64,000 nucleotides of DNA from a bacterium. GTDB taxonomy: Bacteria; UBA8248. Under the pieces are notes generated by a model that saw nothing but the letters and a program-made list of their open reading frames with translations, was not told where the DNA came from and searched no databases. The translations under genes and the position numbers were made by a program. Location of the stretch: positions 3,488,001-3,552,000 of the forward strand of contig CBDBZU010000004.1 of the NCBI GenBank assembly GCA_965213625.1, written 5' to 3'. Shown here piece by piece: positions 39,334-48,483 of this stretch; position 1 is the stretch's first letter, and every line of letters starts with the position of its first letter.

Positions 39334-41688
39334 TTACGCGATCACGGGTGCGGGATTCAAATCGGCTTCGGCCAGGGAGCGCTTCAGGCGGCCCATGCCG
39401 ACAGGAACGTCGTACAGGCGCCCGGGCGCGAATCTTGGCCAAAAATGACGCATGCCCGGTACGATGACCCGCGCAACCGGCATACCGATGTCCGGCCGGG
39501 TCTGGTCCAGCACGAGGAACTCCATGCCCCTGGCTTCCACCAACGATCGGCAATGTTCCACATCCTCAAGCGTGTCCGCGGATTCGATCACCGGATACTG
39601 TGAGCCTTGCTTGAGCGGCGCGTCCGGCGCCGACGCCAGCCAGGAACAATCGGCGATTCGAGCTGTCTTCCACCACGTGAGCGCCAAGGGATCGTCGATC
39701 ATCGGCCGGCCGTCGCCCCTTCCGGGACGCGGCAGCCAGGTAAGACATTGGTTCAACTCGCAAATCGCGCGCAGGGCCGCCAGTCGCGGGTCGGCATGAG
39801 CGCCTGCGCCGTATATGATGTCCTCGGTTTCCGCGTCCGGTCTGCGCGAGAGCGCAACGAACGAAGGGATACCAATGTCGGAAGTAACGTCGAGCATCCA
39901 CACTTCCCGCTCGTAGCGACCATAATAATCCGCGGCCGATGCCAGGAATTCATCATCAAAACTGGAGAGATCGACCCCGGGCGCTCTCAGCCCGTTATAC
40001 CACCAGATGGCGAACGCATCGCGCTCGACCAGTTCATAGAAGCCTTGCAGGATGGCCTCCTCCAGGATGTTCCCTGCGGCGCAGCCGTTCGAGTCGGCAA
40101 TCAGTTCGGCATCTCCGCGCTGTTCGGCAGACATGCTGTAGAGCATCGACGTCGGCAGATAGCGATGCCGCCGCTGCGTGAACGACCACACGGGCGTCCA
40201 GTCGATTGCGGCATCGGGCTCGAGACGCGGCGGGACGATGTTGTACGGGTGGCCTTTCGCGTTGATCCTCTCCGCGTCGTCAAGCTGACCCTCGCTGAAA
40301 AGCTGCGCATCGTTGGGATGGATAGCCTCGTCTTCTGCGGCGAAGTCGACGAATCGCTTGCGGATGCGTATCTCGTCTCCGCAATATGCGCCCGAATAAC
40401 GCTCTAGCGCCTCGCATAGGGCGCTGGCCTCGGATTGTTCCCGCGTGCTGCCCTTGCCGGCGCTCTTGCTGCGCAGGCTGCGCCTGAGCGAACTCAGGCT
40501 CCGGCTTCTCGTGGCGGGATTGCTTCCGGCCCAATAGACGTGCAGCCAGGAATCGCTCTCGTCGGTAGTGCGCGTCAGCCAGGTGACGACCCCGCTGATC
40601 GGGCTCACCAAGTGGCGGTATTTCGTCAGGGTGGCTTCCGGCGTCACGGCCCGCGCACCACCGCTGTTGCGATGGGTTTTGGGACTCGATTTCAGGCGCA
40701 GCGGCGCAGGCTGCCGGTCCGGCCGGTACAACGCCTCGTCGCCACAGGCCGGGCACTGCGGGCGGCGCGTCACTGCGTGCTGCGAACTTGTGAACGAGCC
40801 GAGGTTCATCGCTATTGCCCTCTCGTGAATCGGGGCCGCCTCTTCCAGCACCAGCCATTTGACGATTTCGGCCGCTATCAGCCCGTACAAGGCTTCGAGC
40901 GCCGTCGGCTCCGCCGCAAACGGCTTGAAGGCGGCTTCCTCTCCGGCAACGCTACGCAGGAAATTGTGGACCTCCTTATGACTGCGCAGGCGGTGAACCA
41001 GACATTCCCAGCAGGGTCCTTGTCTATCCGCGCGGAAGACGGGGCCGAACAGCGCCTCCATGCCGTGCGGCCGCACCAGCGTCCACGGCGCTCTCGCCTC
41101 GAGGCGGCGCCGATTCACGTCTTCAAACCGTGCTTCGAGATAATCGTCGCAGACGATAACGGTGAGCCGTGGATCGCAGGCCGCCACACAGACGCCGCTC
41201 TCTTCCAGATGCCGGACGAGGCGGCCGTCGTCACCTTCGACCGCGATGCGCGATTCCGCCAGCCGCCCTTCGACCCAGCGGGGCGATGCGCCGAGCGAGG
41301 TCCAATAGGCCGCACGAGGTCGGTCCATGCCATGATCGGCGGAGACGACGTAGCCCCTGTCGGAGAGTGAAACAACCGCCGCATGAACGTTAGCGGCGGC
41401 ATGGCGGCCATCGAGGGCGGCGACAATCCCGGCAAGCGGGCGCCGGTCGCCCAGAAGCGGTAGCAGGTCGCAATACAGGCCGCCGTGCAGCAGGGTATCG
41501 AACGACTCGGAAACCAGCAGCGTCTGCTGCTCGTCAATTTCGTGGAACTGCAGGTGCGGGGTAAGCGCGGGGAACTCGACGAGGCCTTCGTCCGCTGGGG
41601 TCGTTTTCGTCAATATCCCGCGTCTTGGATTCATTTTCGTCTGCGACGTCTTGCGGGAATTCCGCGTCTGCTCAATCGGCGCCTTCAT
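39334..41688 (-). CDS. srpC: Fused E1-like/YcaO cyclodehydratase (TOMM type)
   Basis: ATGA overlap with the upstream stop; GP.F...GPCWECL, RRPQCPAC, SAGKG, CEALERYS, DSNGCAAG, ELVERDA, Pro-rich C-terminus PAPVIA. Confidence 0.92.
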   Translation of the reverse strand: MKAPIEQTRNSRKTSQTKMNPRRGILTKTTPADEGLVEFPALTPHLQFHEIDEQQTLLVSESFDTLLHGGLYCDLLPLLGDRRPLAGIVAALDGRHAAANVHAAVVSLSDRGYVVSADHGMDRPRAAYWTSLGASPRWVEGRLAESRIAVEGDDGRLVRHLEESGVCVAACDPRLTVIVCDDYLEARFEDVNRRRLEARAPWTLVRPHGMEALFGPVFRADRQGPCWECLVHRLRSHKEVHNFLRSVAGEEAAFKPFAAEPTALEALYGLIAAEIVKWLVLEEAAPIHERAIAMNLGSFTSSQHAVTRRPQCPACGDEALYRPDRQPAPLRLKSSPKTHRNSGGARAVTPEATLTKYRHLVSPISGVVTWLTRTTDESDSWLHVYWAGSNPATRSRSLSSLRRSLRSKSAGKGSTREQSEASALCEALERYSGAYCGDEIRIRKRFVDFAAEDEAIHPNDAQLFSEGQLDDAERINAKGHPYNIVPPRLEPDAAIDWTPVWSFTQRRHRYLPTSMLYSMSAEQRGDAELIADSNGCAAGNILEEAILQGFYELVERDAFAIWWYNGLRAPGVDLSSFDDEFLASAADYYGRYEREVWMLDVTSDIGIPSFVALSRRPDAETEDIIYGAGAHADPRLAALRAICELNQCLTWLPRPGRGDGRPMIDDPLALTWWKTARIADCSWLASAPDAPLKQGSQYPVIESADTLEDVEHCRSLVEARGMEFLVLDQTRPDIGMPVARVIVPGMRHFWPRFAPGRLYDVPVGMGRLKRSLAEADLNPAPVIA

Positions 41689-44081
41689 GCACGCGAAACG
41701 AGCGTATCGATGCGGGCGGCGGCGCTGGATGCGGTTTCGGCGACCGCCGACGCCAGCGCATCGAAATCCTCCTGACCGCAAGCGTTCGCAACAAGAGATT
41801 TGACCTTCGGCCCTGCCGCCGTCGCGTCGAACCCTTCCTCGCCGACAAGGCGCATGACGCCCTGTAAATCCCGCCACATGGCCGCGGCTTGCGCCAGCGG
41901 CTCGGCGCCTGCGGCTTCGAACACCGCCGCGGCGGTCGGCGCCGGATCGTCGAAGTCGCTTCCGGCGCGCACCAACTGCAGGTAACGCGCGACCTTCTCG
42001 ACATCGTTCAGCCCGCCGCGCATCCGGGCGTATGCGGACACGCCTGTTTCGGCAGGGTCTTCCGTCCGCTCGCTCAACCGGGCGAGCAAAGACTCGTTCG
42101 CCCTGCATTCGGCCAGTACCCGGCGCCGCGCCTCATCGAAGCGACCTTCGATATCGGAACCGCCATACTCGAACACGCAACGCGCCCTGGTGAGGGCGGG
42201 CACTTCGCCTGAAGTCGAATCTCCATAATGTTCGGCCAGTTCGGAAAGCGGCAACTCAAGAATGGAATTCGAGCCGGGCGGGACCGGAGAGAACAACAGG
42301 CTGTCCTGCGCCAGGTCGGTCAGGGCATCTCGGAAACTTTGGCACACTTGTTCGTTTTTGCCGGACCGCAGACCGTCATGGACGAGCAGCATATCGATTC
42401 CAACACCGGGATAAGCTTCCCGGCTGGCCAGATCGCCCAGGAAAACGGCAGCGACTCCACCCACACTCAGCATTCCGAACCGGTCGACATAATCCGCGAC
42501 CACGGAGGCGAGCACGGTCGCAACCGATGCTTCGGCGAGATTCGACAGCGCCGTTCTCGCTTCCGCTGGCAACAGGTTTCCGCGCATCACGTGCATACCG
42601 ATCTGAAACGCCTTGTCGTTCGACCAGTTTCGCACGATTTCAGCGGTCTCCCTCGCATCGGCCACCGGCAGTTCGGCGACCAGACCCTTCAATTCCTGAA
42701 CGTCCATTTCGTAAGTCCAGTAGACTCTCGCAAGCCCGCGCCGCGCAATCGATTCGTATTCATCATCCGGCCCGAACCCCTTCGGCAGGTCGAGGTCGAG
42801 GAATTCCTGGTCTTGCAGGTTGTCCAGAAGTTCCGGGTTCCGCTCAACCCGTTTGGCAAGCCTCGGGGCGGCGCCGAAGATTTCGAGTATCGCGTCAAAG
42901 GCGTCGGGCCGCGCCGCGGCAATCGGGCTGTCGTAGGGGCCCCAGTCGTCAACCTCCGGATAGAAATGTTCGCGCCATTGGTCCACCAGCGGGTCCATCT
43001 TCTCGAACCAGCGCTTGGGCCGCAGCACGATGTTCATCATGTCGGCGTAGGTTCCCGGCAACTCCGGCGACTCATCGAGGCCGCTGACCTGCAGCAGCGG
43101 ATACTGGCGCGACGCCACCGCATGATGATCCGCATGGCGCTGCATATTGAAAAACATCCAGTTGCTGAACTTCCAGTCCGCGCTCCAGGAATGGCGCGGC
43201 ATCGCCTTTTCCCAGCGACCGTTGTCCAGACGGACCCGGCGCAGGCCGTAGTGTTGAAAGTAGTTGCTCATCTTCATCGAAAAGACGCAGGACAGACCGA
43301 GGAAGACGAAGACGGGAACGGCCCAGATCCCGCCCATCCAGTAAACCAGTCCGTACCAGAACGCGACGCCGACGACGTAGCGCCAGAACGGATTGTCGTA
43401 ATGCCACACGGGCAAACGCCGCCGCGCCAAGCGTTCTCTTGCGACTTCCCAGGAATGGACGAGGTTGCTGACAACTTCCTTGGGTAGATATCTCCAGAAA
43501 CTTTCCCCCTTCGGAGCGGACCCGACGTCATACGGCGTGCCGACCAGGGCATGGTGAATATAGACGTGCTCCGTGGCGTATTGCGGATAGGAGACGGTGG
43601 CGAGCAGGAATTCGCCCACCCGGCGTTCCCAGGTCGTGCGCCGGTGAATCATTTCGTGGCCGACTACGAATACGGCTTGCGCTTCCATCGTCAGGATGAT
43701 CGCCAGGAGCACGCCTTCCCAGATGGAGAATTGATCCGCCGCCAGGATTTGCCACATACCGAAAATGAGCGTCGGCGGCCACAGAAACGACCACGACCAG
43801 ACCGGCAGATTGTGCCAGAACAGGCGGTGCTCCGACGTATTCGCCGGGTCCATGTTTTGTCCGTCCCGACCCAGCACCTTATCAAGCGACCCCGCAACAC
43901 TCATAAAAACGAGCGGCGGCAGCAACCACCAGCCTCCATTGTACGCGCCGAGAAGAATCAGCGGAAAAACGACCAATGGCAGATAATGCGGAAGAGCGGT
44001 CAGAATGGACGGCTCGATACGCTGAACGGCTTCGGCGTCGCCTAGACCGGAGCCACCACTTGCTACGGGACTTTGTGGCAT
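41685..44081 (-). CDS. AlkB-like membrane di-iron monooxygenase/desaturase fused to a degenerate GlnE-like nucleotidyltransferase domain
   Basis: His boxes HEMIH, EHVYIHH, NYFQHYG, QRHADHH with TM helices; C-terminal LGDLASRE...IDMLLVHD, LTRARC, RGGLNDVE..ARYLQL. Confidence 0.8.
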   Translation of the reverse strand: MPQSPVASGGSGLGDAEAVQRIEPSILTALPHYLPLVVFPLILLGAYNGGWWLLPPLVFMSVAGSLDKVLGRDGQNMDPANTSEHRLFWHNLPVWSWSFLWPPTLIFGMWQILAADQFSIWEGVLLAIILTMEAQAVFVVGHEMIHRRTTWERRVGEFLLATVSYPQYATEHVYIHHALVGTPYDVGSAPKGESFWRYLPKEVVSNLVHSWEVARERLARRRLPVWHYDNPFWRYVVGVAFWYGLVYWMGGIWAVPVFVFLGLSCVFSMKMSNYFQHYGLRRVRLDNGRWEKAMPRHSWSADWKFSNWMFFNMQRHADHHAVASRQYPLLQVSGLDESPELPGTYADMMNIVLRPKRWFEKMDPLVDQWREHFYPEVDDWGPYDSPIAAARPDAFDAILEIFGAAPRLAKRVERNPELLDNLQDQEFLDLDLPKGFGPDDEYESIARRGLARVYWTYEMDVQELKGLVAELPVADARETAEIVRNWSNDKAFQIGMHVMRGNLLPAEARTALSNLAEASVATVLASVVADYVDRFGMLSVGGVAAVFLGDLASREAYPGVGIDMLLVHDGLRSGKNEQVCQSFRDALTDLAQDSLLFSPVPPGSNSILELPLSELAEHYGDSTSGEVPALTRARCVFEYGGSDIEGRFDEARRRVLAECRANESLLARLSERTEDPAETGVSAYARMRGGLNDVEKVARYLQLVRAGSDFDDPAPTAAAVFEAAGAEPLAQAAAMWRDLQGVMRLVGEEGFDATAAGPKVKSLVANACGQEDFDALASAVAETASSAAARIDTLVSRA

Positions 44082-44163
44082 GTCAGCTCCTTTACAGTAA
44101 ACAGATTTGAACCCTCAGGCCGGACGATATTTTATCCCCGAATACCTGAACCTGCAAGGAATT

Positions 44164-45465
44164 TCAGGTCCGCAAGATTGCGAGGAGACGTTCGAGAGCT
44201 TCGATACAAAACGCCGTGGTCACGGATTCTGAGCCATGTCCTATCCGCCCTACCGTACCCCACTTCAACGTTTGGTCGCCAAACGCGAGAAGCTCCGGCC
44301 AGCTACCGTCCTCACGCTGCGAACCCGTGAACCTCTCCACCTCGCGTTTCGCGTCGACGCCGTCGAGGCGTCCAACATGATGGAGCGCCGAGACGGCCTG
44401 AGCCGTTTGGAGGATGTTGCCGAATTCCCCTTCCTCGTCCCGCAAGCCCAGGATGCGCTCCGCTAGTATCGGGCGCAGCCGGTCGAGAGCGGGCCGTGCG
44501 CGAATCATGGCGCGGGCGGTCGCATAGCAGATCGCGACCTCGTCGGGATACCATTTCGACGATCCCTCGAGATTGCCTTCGGTTATCAAGGCTTCCAGCC
44601 ACCTTTGGGCATCCCTGGTTTCTGGACAGTCGCCGAGATAGGCAATGACGTTCGCATTGACTACAGGGTCGGCTTCGATACGAAAGCGCGATACCACATC
44701 GGGTTCGTCGTCTTCGAGAACCCAGGTCATGAAGCGGCCTTCCTCGTCGCGATTCGCCAGTATCTGCGGAACGTTCCTCCCCAGTAAAATCCAGAGGTGG
44801 CCTCCAATCACGAGTGAACACAGTGCGGTGCTGTCGAGATCCTGGGGCAGGTGGCGATAATAGCGCCACAATCCGGGATATTCGATAGTGTCGACGAGAT
44901 ACGCCCTTGTCGCAGCGCATATGGCCCTGGCGCGCGCTTCCTCGCAACATTCGAGAGCCAGGGCGCAGAAAGCCGAAATAAAGGGAGGTCTTTCGAAATG
45001 CCTCGGTATATCCGGATCGCCCAAGTTGAACCGGATACAATGCCAGGCTCCGTTCTCGTCTATCGTGGATTCCAGGAAACCAAGACCGCGGCGGATGCTT
45101 TCTCCACCCGCTTTCGCCAGCGCCCCGGTGGTCGCGGCGTTCTTCGGGGTTCTCTCCCCTTGAAGTTTTGGCGGACGAAGGGGCGGCGCGGGGTCGTGCA
45201 TCGTTTTGCGAAGAAACTCGAGCGATTCCGCGCCGGTTTTCGCCTCCTCCCGTTCGGCCTCGGTGAATTTGCTGCGCGGCGGAAGGACGAGGTGCGTCGT
45301 GGTATAGGTTTCTTCGTGTACGTGAATCTCATGGTCTTCGGCCATCGACACGCCAAATTCCGCTTCGATGGTCTCTTTGGGCTTGGCGAGAAGACGTTCC
45401 CGGAATTCGTAGTCGCCGCCAGCTCGCGATATGAGGGAATCAACCAGGCCAAAAGGCTTCTTCAT
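44164..45465 (-). CDS. NHLP leader-like domain fused to a prenyltransferase/squalene-cyclase-type alpha-alpha barrel
   Basis: N-terminal DYEFRERLLAKPK...VHEE...HLVLPP; QW-like repeats DENGAW, RDEEGRF, RDEEGEF, QREDGSW; DLDST motif. Confidence 0.75.
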   Translation of the reverse strand: MKKPFGLVDSLISRAGGDYEFRERLLAKPKETIEAEFGVSMAEDHEIHVHEETYTTTHLVLPPRSKFTEAEREEAKTGAESLEFLRKTMHDPAPPLRPPKLQGERTPKNAATTGALAKAGGESIRRGLGFLESTIDENGAWHCIRFNLGDPDIPRHFERPPFISAFCALALECCEEARARAICAATRAYLVDTIEYPGLWRYYRHLPQDLDSTALCSLVIGGHLWILLGRNVPQILANRDEEGRFMTWVLEDDEPDVVSRFRIEADPVVNANVIAYLGDCPETRDAQRWLEALITEGNLEGSSKWYPDEVAICYATARAMIRARPALDRLRPILAERILGLRDEEGEFGNILQTAQAVSALHHVGRLDGVDAKREVERFTGSQREDGSWPELLAFGDQTLKWGTVGRIGHGSESVTTAFCIEALERLLAILRT

Positions 45466-45540
45466 CGATATCTACTCCATATTCGCGGGCCTTGGCCGAA
45501 CATGCATTTTTTCCGCCGAGTTATCGTCTCCATATTCGGA

Positions 45541-48483
45541 TCAAGCGATTTGCCTTTTTATCAATTCCTTGAATACCCCGTCCACCTCCTTGAGTTCGCT
45601 GAAGGAACCGCTTTGTACGACTTTCCCGGCTTGCAGCACGTAGATGCGGTCGGCCTGTTCCAGCGTGGACAGGCGGTGGGCAATGACGAGGCGGGTGGAA
45701 GTCAGGGCGGCAAGGTTTTGCATTATCTTGGCCTGGCTTTCGTTATCCAGCCAGTTCGTCGCCTCGTCCAGCAACATGATTCGCGGGCTGCCGATCACCG
45801 AGCGGGCGATGGTGATGCGCTGGCTCTCGCCGCCCGACAGGACAGACCCGCTGGTGCCCACCATGGTCATCATGCCCATGGGCATGTCCTTGATTTGGGC
45901 TTCAACTTCGGCGGTACGGACCGCCGACCATACTTCATCGATCGTCACCGCATCATGGTGACTGACCAGATTGTCCCAGAGATCCTGTGGATGGAGCCCG
46001 ACGGATTGCGGCACAGCGCCAATTTTCTTGCGCACCTGTTTCAGATTCAGGTGCTTCAGGTCGCGGCCGTCGTAATACACCGCGCCGGCGGCCGGCAAGT
46101 CGATACCGAGCGCGAGGCGGAACAGGGTGCTCTTCCCTGCGCCGGACTCACCGGCAATCGCGACGAATTCGCCGGGACGGGCGTGAATCGAGACGTCGTC
46201 GAGAATCAACGGACCGTCGGGATCGTAGCGGAATGAAATGCGGTCGAACAGTATTTCACCGCCCAGGTATTCAACCGGCTCTCCTTCCGTCACGGTTTCA
46301 GGGACTGCGGAGAGCAGCGGACGCATCTGCTGGAACGCCGGACGCATGGCGGCAATTGCGCCGAAGGACTCGCCGAGCCGGGCGATGGCGGACTGGAAAA
46401 CGATAAAGACCGTGTAAACGACGAGAAAATCGCCGACCGGAATGTTTCGGTCTTCGACCGCCACCACCGAAAAAAGCAGCACCCCGCCGGCAAGAAAAGG
46501 GAGCGCGGCGCCGAATGCGCGCGAATGTCCCTCGAGCGCGCCCAGTTCTATCTCCGCGCGCTTCTGCTCACGATAGCCCCTCGCCCAGATGGCGTAAGCC
46601 GACCCTTCCGCATTATCCATTCGCAGCTTGGAGATGCCCCCCACGATCTGGAACAGTCGGCCGGCTACGCGACGCGCTGCGCTGAGCATCCGCCCATAAG
46701 GTGAAATCTGGCGCCACCCGAGGACTACGGTGACCAGCAGGGAAGCCAGGCTGAAGACGAGGGTGATGACGCCGAGGATGGCGTCGTACAAAAAAATGAC
46801 GCCAAAAACCGGAATCAGAAATATAATCGACAGAAAGCTGTTGGCGACGACTCCCTGCAAGCCATCGCGAAGATTCTGGAATGTCATTCCCGACATGGCC
46901 AGGTCGCCGGATGGATGGCGGTGCAGAATGCTTGGCGGAAGGCGCATGAGACGGTCCCAGAAGGCGGCTTCGAGCCGAGATGCCGAGCGCCCCTCGAGCC
47001 GCATCATCGCCGTGCTTTGAAGCAGGTGCAGCAGCGCGCCGAGAAGGCCGAACGCCGCTAACGCCACGGCAACGGTATAGAGCGTTCCTATGCTTCCGCC
47101 CGCCAATATCTGATTCGCAACGAACCCGAGCGCGAGCGCCGGCAGCAGATTGAGCAGACCGTATGGAAGCCCGGAAATCACCAGCCGCGCCAAATCCGAA
47201 GCCGACCCGTTCAGCGCGATTCCCAGCAGGTCCGCCGGTTTCACGTCCCTCGAGGGCAATGGCCGATAGAACATCCACGCCTTCTCCCCCAGCGCATCCG
47301 CGCGGTCCGCCGTTACCCGGACACTGCGTTTGCTGACCGGGTCGATTTCACGGTATCGCCCGAACATTCCCGGCAGCAGCGCCACGGGCCGGCCGTCCTC
47401 GGCGCGAAACGCCAACATCGCGTTGCTGTCGCCGCGCCACCAGCCGCCCTCGGCATTGAATCGCACACGCCGGGCGCGTACGCCCGACGCATCGAGAACC
47501 TCGACGAGGCCGACCGGAGAACCGGAAAGCCCCGAGCGCGCCGGTATCTTGAAATCGATTCCTTCATGGCGGCCGATGTGTTGCAAGGCATCCGCCAGCG
47601 CCGTGTCCTCGATACCGGCATCCCGGTCAATCGGAAGGTCATAGATATTGAAGAGCCGCTGCCGCGCGGCTTTTTCGGCCGTGCGGCGGCTGGTTGTCCG
47701 CGCGCGTTCGAGATTGACGTCATCGACCACGACCAGTCGGCGGTTCAGGCGTTCCAGGGAGAAAGCAACCGCGTGAAACGAGGCGAGCGCCGGCAGCAGC
47801 ATACCTTCCTCCGCCAGTGTCTCGGTAGATTTGCCCGTCAGCGTCGCCTCGTCGAACAAGGTGAGCCAGCTTGTGCGCGTCAGCGGAACGAGAGCCTCGT
47901 GTGAGCCGCTCGCCTCCGCAATTTCCGCCGAGTCGATAATACCCATGAACAGGCTCGCGCCGAGCGGCGGTTCGGATACCCATACAACACCGCGCCGTAC
48001 GGATAGCGTACATGGAGCCGGGGTCTGCGTCAGACCGGGTTCGGCCAGCGCGGTCGGACGCGGAAGGGGGCTTGCAAAACGCGAGAGTGTTTCCGTAATG
48101 GCGATCAGCCAGGTATCGGCCTGTTCCGCCAATTCCGATGGGTGAACCTGGGACAGCAAAGAAGCCGGCAGACGTCTCAATTTGGTGCCCGGCAGTCCTT
48201 TGGCGATAATACGGAGCGTATTGTCCTCGCCATTGTCCCGTTGGTCCGGCGCCACGCCCGGCAGCAACCAGCCCGATTCCCGGCGCAGCAGATGCTGCGG
48301 CGCCGCCTGCTCCACCCCGTCTTTGAATTCGACCAGGAACAGATTAACGGCGCCCTGTTCGATGAACCAGACGCTGTCCGGGTCGTCGAGCTTGGCCGGC
48401 AGGTTGCCGGCGCAGGGAACGGACGCGCCGAAGCGAGCGGCGAGTTCGGCGATTGACGTGTATTCCGGCTTTGAATGCTGCAT
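45541..48483 (-). CDS. NHLP bacteriocin-system ABC transporter permease/ATPase with N-terminal cNMP-binding-like domain
   Basis: VWFIEQGAVNLF N-domain, TM domain, GESGAGKST, LSGGESQR, LLDEAT. Confidence 0.9.
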   Translation of the reverse strand: MQHSKPEYTSIAELAARFGASVPCAGNLPAKLDDPDSVWFIEQGAVNLFLVEFKDGVEQAAPQHLLRRESGWLLPGVAPDQRDNGEDNTLRIIAKGLPGTKLRRLPASLLSQVHPSELAEQADTWLIAITETLSRFASPLPRPTALAEPGLTQTPAPCTLSVRRGVVWVSEPPLGASLFMGIIDSAEIAEASGSHEALVPLTRTSWLTLFDEATLTGKSTETLAEEGMLLPALASFHAVAFSLERLNRRLVVVDDVNLERARTTSRRTAEKAARQRLFNIYDLPIDRDAGIEDTALADALQHIGRHEGIDFKIPARSGLSGSPVGLVEVLDASGVRARRVRFNAEGGWWRGDSNAMLAFRAEDGRPVALLPGMFGRYREIDPVSKRSVRVTADRADALGEKAWMFYRPLPSRDVKPADLLGIALNGSASDLARLVISGLPYGLLNLLPALALGFVANQILAGGSIGTLYTVAVALAAFGLLGALLHLLQSTAMMRLEGRSASRLEAAFWDRLMRLPPSILHRHPSGDLAMSGMTFQNLRDGLQGVVANSFLSIIFLIPVFGVIFLYDAILGVITLVFSLASLLVTVVLGWRQISPYGRMLSAARRVAGRLFQIVGGISKLRMDNAEGSAYAIWARGYREQKRAEIELGALEGHSRAFGAALPFLAGGVLLFSVVAVEDRNIPVGDFLVVYTVFIVFQSAIARLGESFGAIAAMRPAFQQMRPLLSAVPETVTEGEPVEYLGGEILFDRISFRYDPDGPLILDDVSIHARPGEFVAIAGESGAGKSTLFRLALGIDLPAAGAVYYDGRDLKHLNLKQVRKKIGAVPQSVGLHPQDLWDNLVSHHDAVTIDEVWSAVRTAEVEAQIKDMPMGMMTMVGTSGSVLSGGESQRITIARSVIGSPRIMLLDEATNWLDNESQAKIMQNLAALTSTRLVIAHRLSTLEQADRIYVLQAGKVVQSGSFSELKEVDGVFKELIKRQIA

